Translations under genes and position numbers: made by a program
From: an uncultured bacterium
Lineage (GTDB): Bacteria; Desulfobacterota_D; UBA1144; Nemesobacterales; UBA2774
NCBI GenBank assembly: GCA_963825135.1
Contig: CAWGRW010000009.1
Span: 1,248,001 to 1,312,000 of the forward strand
Direction: 5' to 3'
DNA length: 64,000 nt
Shown: positions 57,076 through 64,000 of the stretch, in pieces
Layout: each line of letters opens with the position of its first letter
Position numbering within the stretch: the stretch's first letter is position 1
Notes under the pieces: model-generated
The model's database searches: none
Seen by the model: the letters and a program-made list of their open reading frames with translations, nothing else
Told to the model about the DNA's origin: nothing

Positions 57076-58179
57076 TTAAAAAGCCCAGCTGAACCTTATA
57101 AACTGTATCAGGAGCAGTGCATAGAGCGAAAGTGAGATAAATACAATCAGATAATTCACGGCCCTGTGTCTGCCTAATACGGCTAGGGCAATGAAAATCG
57201 GGAGCATCGATAGGGTGTATCTCGGGATGCTCAGCCAGAACCCCGTCGAGATAACTAAAAGCCAGGTCGCCAGCGCGTACAGGCAGTATGAAAGACGTAT
57301 CCGGAAAAATGAATATATAATAAGAGCGAGACCGAGAATCGCGAACAACAGCTCACCCCATCCCGCCAGCATTGCGTCTCTGGGTTCCCTATAGCGTATG
57401 CTTTGCAATGCGGACATTAACCCTTTGTAAGGGAAATCTAGGTGTTTTGACCAGTGCTTTTCCTGTATTTCCAGAAACTTGAACGGGTCCCCGAACGTGA
57501 CGTAGTTTATTGCGAGATAGAAAATAATACCGAGCGCGATTATGGAGAGCCAGAGTATGTTTTTCCGTACGTTCTTTAATTGGAATCCTTTCTGGTTCAG
57601 GTACTCGATTACGAGCACGGGGAGCAATATGATCCCGGTTACCCTCGTCGCCGCTGCCAGCATTCCGATTAATCCCGCAAGCGCCCATTTCTCCTTTCTC
57701 GCGTAATAAAAGCTGGCGATCACGAGGGCCATGTACAGACTTTCGGTATATGCCGAATGGAAGAAAAAGGCTGTAGGGAATATGGATAAATATATTACGG
57801 ATCTGAATGAATCTTCGGCGTCGCAGTCTATCCTTACGAGCTTGAAGAAGTAAATTATCATTACGGCGAATGCCAGGTTCGATACGAGAAGAGCCGAAAG
57901 TAAATAGTCTCTGAATACTACGGAAAATATTTTGATCATAAACGGATAAAGCGGAAAAAATACGATTTGCAGGTGCCTTCCTTCCGCCGTCGAGCTCGTA
58001 TATCCGTACCGCGCGATTTCTGTGTAGTGCCGGGTATCCCACACACTCCAGATCGCAACGATCGAATCGGGATATTTGTTTTCGAGGATTATGTAGGCTA
58101 CATATGCAAGACCGAAGGTTCCGATTATCGAGATTACGGCGATGAGTGTTAAGTCCCTCAGCTGGGGGTTGAACTTCAT
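57076..58179 (-). CDS. PIG-V/Gpi18-like GT-C mannosyltransferase
   Basis: WDTRHYTEIARYGY, FFPLYP, FPTAFFFHSAYTESL, ATRVTG and SIPRY. Confidence 0.82.
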   Translation of the reverse strand: MKFNPQLRDLTLIAVISIIGTFGLAYVAYIILENKYPDSIVAIWSVWDTRHYTEIARYGYTSSTAEGRHLQIVFFPLYPFMIKIFSVVFRDYLLSALLVSNLAFAVMIIYFFKLVRIDCDAEDSFRSVIYLSIFPTAFFFHSAYTESLYMALVIASFYYARKEKWALAGLIGMLAAATRVTGIILLPVLVIEYLNQKGFQLKNVRKNILWLSIIALGIIFYLAINYVTFGDPFKFLEIQEKHWSKHLDFPYKGLMSALQSIRYREPRDAMLAGWGELLFAILGLALIIYSFFRIRLSYCLYALATWLLVISTGFWLSIPRYTLSMLPIFIALAVLGRHRAVNYLIVFISLSLYALLLIQFIRFSWAF

Positions 58180-58297
58180 TCTTTACCGGTCCTGTGTTCC
58201 GTCAATTTGTCCGTCTCGTCTCTTTTACCGGAATCCGCAAATCGTATATTATGTTAATCTAATTTTGGGAAATATTGAATATTCTTGTGATGAGGCA

Positions 58298-59530
58298 ATG
58301 AAGACCGTCGTTTCGATTTATGACAGATATCCCCGCCTGATAACCGCATTCGTTTTTTGTGTAATCGGGTTCCTTGTATATTTTTTAACCGAGCCCCGCG
58401 TTTCTGACCCTTTTAATTACTTTAACTATCTCGCCGACGCGTTCCTCCACGGAAGGCTATATGTGACGGATACGCCTTTTTACTTTGAGGAGCTGATTCA
58501 CAGGGCCGGTAAGTCTTATGAGATTTACCCGCCGTTCCCCGCCCTGCTGCTCATGCCTTTTGTAGCCCTCTTCGGTGTGGAGTTCAAACAGGTGTTCCTG
58601 TCTTTTTTCCTGGGCGGTCTGAATATTTCAATTATATACCTGATAATGACCGGGCTCACGGCCAAAAGGGAGCTCCGTATATGGATGACGGTCCTCTTCG
58701 GGTTCGGAACCATACACTGGTACACGGCCACTGTAGGCTCCGTCTGGTACTTCGCCCAGATTACGTCGATGACGCTGCTGCTGCTGGCGGTTTACTGCAC
58801 GCTCCGCGCCCAAAGGCCTTTATTAATCGGGCTTCTGCTCGGGGCTTCGTACTGGTCCAGATTGCCGACCCTGCTGACGCTTCCGTTTTTCATAATAATG
58901 CTCTCCTATGACGGACTTCCGATGCGGGAAAGGGGCAGGAGCATCGCCGGATTCAGAATTCGGCCGCTCATACTCGTATGCGCCGGCGCCGGCATTTTCG
59001 TGCTGCTAAATTTCCTGTACAACTATCTCCGGTTCGGCACTCCGTTAGATACGGCGTACGTCATGCACGCGATCTCTCCGGCCAAGGAAAAGATTTCACC
59101 CTGGTTCAACAAGGGGCTTTTCAGCCTCTCATATATCCCCTATCACCTTTACATCTTTTTTCTACAGCCGCCGGTGTTCATAGAAAAATGGCCTTATATA
59201 ATCCCTTCCAAGGTCGGCCTCTCGGTTCTTATTACGACACCCGCCTTCATATTTGCTCTGTTTGCGGGAATAAGAAACAGACTCTCTATTGCCTGCTGGG
59301 CGGCAATTATACCCACGGCGTTTCTTATCTTTATAAAAAGCGGGACTGGGTGGGCCCAGTTCGGATACAGGTATGCCCTGGATTTTTATCCATTCCTCTT
59401 TCTTCTTACCGTAAAGGGCATCGGGGAGAACTTGAAATGGTATCACAAGGCCTTGATAGTTCTGAGCGTGCTGGTCAACCTTTGGGGCGTATTGTTCTTC
59501 AATAAATTCGAATGGTACAAGCTTTATTGA
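58298..59530 (+). CDS. GT-C-like polytopic membrane protein (paralog B)
   Basis: LADAFLHGRLY, YPPFPA, FGFGTIHW, YNYLRFG and QFGYRYALDFYPFL; ATG at 58298. Confidence 0.7.
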   Translation: MKTVVSIYDRYPRLITAFVFCVIGFLVYFLTEPRVSDPFNYFNYLADAFLHGRLYVTDTPFYFEELIHRAGKSYEIYPPFPALLLMPFVALFGVEFKQVFLSFFLGGLNISIIYLIMTGLTAKRELRIWMTVLFGFGTIHWYTATVGSVWYFAQITSMTLLLLAVYCTLRAQRPLLIGLLLGASYWSRLPTLLTLPFFIIMLSYDGLPMRERGRSIAGFRIRPLILVCAGAGIFVLLNFLYNYLRFGTPLDTAYVMHAISPAKEKISPWFNKGLFSLSYIPYHLYIFFLQPPVFIEKWPYIIPSKVGLSVLITTPAFIFALFAGIRNRLSIACWAAIIPTAFLIFIKSGTGWAQFGYRYALDFYPFLFLLTVKGIGENLKWYHKALIVLSVLVNLWGVLFFNKFEWYKLY

Positions 59531-59596
59531 CCTGACACCCGGCGTTATGTATTTTAAGACTGTAAATTTGAGAACTTACGGTCCCTCACCGTTTAA

Positions 59597-60208
59597 ATGG
59601 CAAAAGCCTACAATATTCGTAACTACTTCATACCATTAATTATTTATGTCGTTGTGATAACCCTCATCCTGGTTATGAAATTTCTTGTTCCGTGGACTTA
59701 CGTTATTTCCATTTCAGCTGTCCTCATGCTCTCCGTGCCTTTTATTCTAAAATCTGATCTGAGTGACCTCAGGTGGGACCGGAGGGGGGTGCTTATCGGC
59801 ATTGCGGCATCGATAGCGGTCCTCCTCATTTATATATCCGTGCTCGCGGGCTACGGCCTCTATTCAGGAAAATCCCTGATGTTTCAGAGGCTTTCATATA
59901 CCTTCATACTCGCCCAGCTCCTCCTGGTGGCCCTTCCGGAAGAGGTTTTTTTCCGCGGCTTTCTTCAGCAGAGGCTCGGCAACACGCTCTGGGGGATAGC
60001 GGCCGTAAGCCTCCTGTTTGCGTTCGGGCACTTCGTCACTCTGTGCCTGGGGGGCGGGCACGGCTTATCGGTGTGCTCTCAGGCCGTTCTCACGTTCTTC
60101 CCTTCCCTGGTTATGGGCTACCTCTACATGACTACCGGAACAATCTGGGCGAGCGTTATCTTTCATTTCCTCGCCAATCTGGTCCATATCTCGGCGGGTT
60201 TTTCTTAA
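59597..60208 (+). CDS. CPBP/Rce1-family glutamic intramembrane protease, myxosortase-like
   Basis: QLLLVALPEEVFFRGFLQ (EExxxR), LFAFGH (FxxxH), FFPSL and FHFLAN (HxxxN). Confidence 0.85.
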   Translation: MAKAYNIRNYFIPLIIYVVVITLILVMKFLVPWTYVISISAVLMLSVPFILKSDLSDLRWDRRGVLIGIAASIAVLLIYISVLAGYGLYSGKSLMFQRLSYTFILAQLLLVALPEEVFFRGFLQQRLGNTLWGIAAVSLLFAFGHFVTLCLGGGHGLSVCSQAVLTFFPSLVMGYLYMTTGTIWASVIFHFLANLVHISAGFS

Positions 60209-60362
60209 TAAGACCGGTAAACCCTGTCAGGCTATATGAATTTTGAAGCCGCCCGGGGAGGGTATTTCGCACCCGCCATATTTCCTGTTGGTCCGGATTC
60301 AGTTAAAATACTGTAATCACTTTATTTCTTGGAGTGTTATAATTTACGGATCGAGTGATCTT

Positions 60363-62102
60363 ATGGATACGGTAAGGTTGGGCCTGGCTCAGATAAATGT
60401 GCGTGTCGGCGATGTGGACGGGAATCTCAGCAAGATACTCGGATACATTAAAAAAGCCCGCGCCCTGGGCGTGGATATATTATGCTTCCCGGAGCTTTCG
60501 GTCACCGGCTACCCGCCCGAGGACCTTCTGCTCAAACCGCGGTTCATTAGCGACAACCTGAAGGCGGTTGATAAGGTGAGAAGGGCTACGGATGGTATGA
60601 CGGTGGTCCTGGGTTTTGCCGACCGCGGTGAGGATATCTATAACGCGGCCGCCATCCTCCACGATAAAACGCTTGTGGATATATACCGCAAGCACTACCT
60701 GCCCAACTACGGGGTTTTCGATGAGAACAGGTACTTTCAATCTGGACTCCGGGCGCCTGTGTACAGACTCGGGGACGTGCTCTTCGGAGTGAACATCTGT
60801 GAGGATATCTGGTATCCCGGAGATCCCACGAGAACTCAATCCATACTCGGAGGGGCGCAGATAATTATCAATATTTCCTCCTCCCCGTATTATTCCTCCA
60901 AGGTCAAGGCGCGGGAGCAGATGCTCGTTACGAGAGCGAAGGACTACTCCGCGGTCGTTGCCTATTGCAACCTCGTCGGCGGGCAGGACGAGCTCGTATT
61001 CGACGGTCACAGCGTAATCATAGGAGAGCGCGGCGAGATCCTGGCAAGGGCGAAAGGGTTCGAGGAAGACCTCCTCGTCTCCGACATCAATATCGAACGC
61101 GTGTTCAGGTCACGCATGCACGACCCCCGGAGAAGGAAAGAACAGCTTACGATGAAAGCGCACTCTAATAGCGCGGAGCTGATTGTAATAGATACAAAAA
61201 AGGTGAAAGCGCCCTCGAAGCCGGCCGTGAAGACCAGGATAGAAGGGTACTCGTCGGTCGACGAAGAAATTTTCAAGGCCCTTGTCCTCGGCACCAGGGA
61301 CTACGTAACCAAGAACGGATTCAAGAAGGCTGTCATAGGGTTGAGCGGCGGTATCGATTCAGCTTTCGTGACGGTTATCGCTGTCGAGGCCCTCGGCAGG
61401 GAGAATGTCGTCGCCGTGACAATGCCTTCTAAGTACAGCTCTCGGGGGAGTGTCCGGGATTCTGAAAGGTTATCCGGGAATTTGGGTGTCGAGCTTCTTA
61501 ATATACCGATCGGGAAGGCGTTTGACGCTTACGACGGGATGCTCAAGGGGGTATTCGCGGGATCGAAGGAAGACTCGACGGAAGAAAACCTTCAGGCGCG
61601 TATAAGGGGGAACGTCCTTATGGCCCTTTCCAACAAATTCGGATGGCTAGTGCTTACTACCGGGAACAAAAGCGAATTGAGCGTCGGGTACTGTACGATT
61701 TACGGGGACATGGCAGGCGGGTTCGCGGTTATAAAAGACGTGCCCAAGACGATCGTGTACAGCGTTTCCAACTATTACAACTCATGGAAGAAAAAAGAGG
61801 TCATACCGGCCGCGATTCTCTCCAAGCCCCCTTCTGCCGAGCTCCGGCCGGGGCAGCTCGATACGGATACGCTTCCGCCCTATGATATCCTGGACCCCAT
61901 TCTGAAAGCCTATGTGGAGGACGATCTCGGTATCGATGATATCGTATCCCTCGGCTATAGGGATTCCGTGGTACGGAACGTGGCTCGAATGGTGGACCGG
62001 AACGAGTACAAGCGGAGACAAGCGCCCCCCGGTATCAAGATAACGGCGAGGGCCTTCGGAAAAGACCGGAGGTTCCCGATTACCAATTTATACCGGGGAT
62101 AA
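60363..62102 (+). CDS. nadE: Glutamine-dependent NAD+ synthetase
   Basis: Nitrilase-like domain (FPELSVTGYPPEDL, LPNYGVFDE, ICEDIW) plus GLSGGIDS, ENLQARIRG, TGNKSE and PPSAEL; ATG at 60363. Confidence 0.95.
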   Translation: MDTVRLGLAQINVRVGDVDGNLSKILGYIKKARALGVDILCFPELSVTGYPPEDLLLKPRFISDNLKAVDKVRRATDGMTVVLGFADRGEDIYNAAAILHDKTLVDIYRKHYLPNYGVFDENRYFQSGLRAPVYRLGDVLFGVNICEDIWYPGDPTRTQSILGGAQIIINISSSPYYSSKVKAREQMLVTRAKDYSAVVAYCNLVGGQDELVFDGHSVIIGERGEILARAKGFEEDLLVSDINIERVFRSRMHDPRRRKEQLTMKAHSNSAELIVIDTKKVKAPSKPAVKTRIEGYSSVDEEIFKALVLGTRDYVTKNGFKKAVIGLSGGIDSAFVTVIAVEALGRENVVAVTMPSKYSSRGSVRDSERLSGNLGVELLNIPIGKAFDAYDGMLKGVFAGSKEDSTEENLQARIRGNVLMALSNKFGWLVLTTGNKSELSVGYCTIYGDMAGGFAVIKDVPKTIVYSVSNYYNSWKKKEVIPAAILSKPPSAELRPGQLDTDTLPPYDILDPILKAYVEDDLGIDDIVSLGYRDSVVRNVARMVDRNEYKRRQAPPGIKITARAFGKDRRFPITNLYRG

Positions 62103-62286
62103 CCACAGCACTAAACGTGTCCGGCGGATGCGATTTTCCGCTGTCGAGTTGCCGATTGTCCCGATCGCCTATTGATTTGACTTGTTTTAATTTTCATCTA
62201 ACATTAATCTAGGGTTATTCGGCTGAAATTGTAAGCCAATCGCAGTTATTTTCATATTATATTAGAGCCGCGAGGAAGGTGTTTTG

Positions 62287-64000
62287 ATGAAGCCCGTGGG
62301 TTATCCGAAGAAACAGGGTCTTTATGACCCGCAATTCGAGCACGATTCGTGCGGTATAGGGTTTGTTGTAAACATCAAAGGCATGAAAACCCATACCATA
62401 ATAAAAAATGCTCTGACCATTCTCCGGAACCTTCAGCACAGGGGAGCATGCGGCTGTGAAGCGAACACCGGAGACGGCGCGGGGATTCTGATTCAAACTC
62501 CGCACAGGTTTTTTGAAAAGGCGGCGGGCGAAGCCGGTATTACCCTCCCCCCGCATAAATCTTACGGCACAGGGGCGGTTTTCCTTACTCCGAACGCGTC
62601 CGAGAGAAAGGAGTGCATAAAGGCGTTTGAGAGAATAGTAAAAGAAGAGGGGCAGTCCGTTCTCGGATGGCGGGACATTCCCACTAATAATTCCTCGCTG
62701 GGTCTTACCGCTGTGAAGGGCGAGCCTTATATGAAGCAGGTATTCGTCGCCCGGAGCCCCGACATCACGGACGACATGGCCTTCGAGCGCAAGCTATACA
62801 TAATCAGAAGGCGCGCGGAAAACGAGATCAGGTTTTCCGGCATGCAGGGGGGGGAATACTTCTATATACCGAGCCTCTCCCATAAGACGTTCGTCTACAA
62901 GGGGATGCTCACCACCTGGCAGCTGCAGGAATATTATCCCGATTTAAGCGACGAGGACATGGAATCGGCAATAGCCCTCGTCCACTCCCGTTTCAGCACC
63001 AACACGTTCCCCAGCTGGGACCGCGCCCATCCCTATCGCTATATCATCCATAACGGAGAGATAAACACCCTTAGAGGGAACATTAACTGGATGCACGCCC
63101 GCGAGGCCGTGCTTTCCACCGATTTGTTCGGAGACGAGATAGAAAAGATATTCCCGATCATACAGCCCGACGGCAGCGACTCCGCAAATTTCGATAACTG
63201 CGTCGAGTTCCTTACATTAGCGGGACGCCCGATCGAGCACTCGATCATGATGATGATTCCCGAGCCGTGGTCGAACCACGAGACAATGAGTGACGAGAAG
63301 AAGGCGTTTTACGAGTACCACAGCTGCCTCATGGAGCCCTGGGACGGGCCTGCGTCGATCGCGTTTACGGACGGGTTCAAAGTGGGGGCCGTTCTCGACA
63401 GGAACGGGCTCCGGCCTTCGCGTTATTACGTGACGAAAGACGACACGGTAATTATGGGTTCGGAAGTCGGGGTACTGGACGTTCCTGCGGATATGATTTT
63501 GCGGAAAGGGAGGCTTCAGCCCGGCAGGATGTTCCTTATCGATACCGTCGAAGGGCGCATCGTCGGCGATGACGAGATCAAGAACACGCTGGCGAAGGAA
63601 AAGCCTTACCGGGAGTGGCTCAATCAGAACCTCGTCAGCCTGTCGGATATCCCGCTATCGGAGGATATTCGGGATGACAAGAAATTCACCCACGAGGACA
63701 TGATTCGGAGGCAGAGGGTGTTCGGCTACACGTTCGAGGACCTGAGGATAATTATCGCGCCGATGGCCGAGAACGGCGTGGAGCCCGTAGGGTCCATGGG
63801 GAAGGATACCCCGGTGGCCGTTCTGTCGAGCAAGCCGCGGCTCCTCTTCGAGTACTTTAAACAGCTATTCGCTCAGGTAACCAACCCTCCGATCGACGCT
63901 ATTCGCGAGGAGCTGGTTACCGCGACCGAAGTGACCATAGGTCCCGAACGCAACATACTGGACCCTAGGCCCGAGAACTGCCGCCTTATCAAGCTCGACA
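62287..64000 (+). CDS. gltB: Glutamate synthase large subunit, runs off the window edge
   Basis: Translated by hand: [27 protein letters not shown]...HRGACG...GDGAG...[12 protein letters not shown]...[11 protein letters not shown]...EPWDGPA...[14 protein letters not shown]. Confidence 0.97.
   Translation, partial: MKPVGYPKKQGLYDPQFEHDSCGIGFVVNIKGMKTHTIIKNALTILRNLQHRGACGCEANTGDGAGILIQTPHRFFEKAAGEAGITLPPHKSYGTGAVFLTPNASERKECIKAFERIVKEEGQSVLGWRDIPTNNSSLGLTAVKGEPYMKQVFVARSPDITDDMAFERKLYIIRRRAENEIRFSGMQGGEYFYIPSLSHKTFVYKGMLTTWQLQEYYPDLSDEDMESAIALVHSRFSTNTFPSWDRAHPYRYIIHNGEINTLRGNINWMHAREAVLSTDLFGDEIEKIFPIIQPDGSDSANFDNCVEFLTLAGRPIEHSIMMMIPEPWSNHETMSDEKKAFYEYHSCLMEPWDGPASIAFTDGFKVGAVLDRNGLRPSRYYVTKDDTVIMGSEVGVLDVPADMILRKGRLQPGRMFLIDTVEGRIVGDDEIKNTLAKEKPYREWLNQNLVSLSDIPLSEDIRDDKKFTHEDMIRRQRVFGYTFEDLRIIIAPMAENGVEPVGSMGKDTPVAVLSSKPRLLFEYFKQLFAQVTNPPIDAIREELVTATEVTIGPERNILDPRPENCRLIKLD

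Noticed and set aside
1..64000. CRISPR arrays, IS elements, prophage, rRNA/tRNA genes and defence systems
   Set aside because: No regularly spaced repeats, transposase/integrase/phage genes or structural RNA signatures seen by eye; nurA here sits in a housekeeping context.

Overview
A prokaryotic chromosomal window of moderate-to-high GC. The gene set and order (mfd-ppiC-surA, long S41 peptidase, nurA) suggest a deltaproteobacteria-like lineage, possibly Ca. Dadabacteria; this is inference, not a database result. Bases 1-40.8 kb are mostly housekeeping or conserved genes: AMP-dependent ligase (partial), trpG/trpE, phosphomannomutase, nitrilase, TPP enzyme, lepA, PAS/GAF hybrid kinase, DUF2207-lemA, DUF1015-tsaC, groES-groEL, nurA plus a HAS-barrel gene, HAD hydrolase, BtrH-like peptidase, Hsp20, cupin, surA-ppiC-mfd-leuB, a TMTC-like GT-C/TPR protein, FAH hydrolase and truA-oppB-S41 peptidase. 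The window ends with nadE and a partial gltB. The best candidate for an undescribed system is 41.5-60.2 kb. Two paralogous acidic, Cys-rich secreted proteins sit behind tandem consensus promoters, and one ends in a Thr/Pro linker plus a Cys-containing C-terminal sorting signal (SGGSCAIAG-TM-RRRKK). They are followed by a parvulin lipoprotein, a Tat-dependent GMC oxidoreductase, an FG-GAP protein, two GT2 polyprenol-phosphate-sugar synthases, a GtrA flippase, five GT-C transferases (including PMT-like and PIG-V-like) and a myxosortase-like CPBP intramembrane protease. Together these look like a coupled protein-sorting and glycosylation system. Other notable items: tsaC and a cupin gene that lack an in-frame canonical start, a probable orphan structured small RNA at 25.2 kb, and a strongly purine-loaded groEL. 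No tRNA, rRNA, CRISPR array or mobile element was found. All family assignments come from motif recognition by eye.
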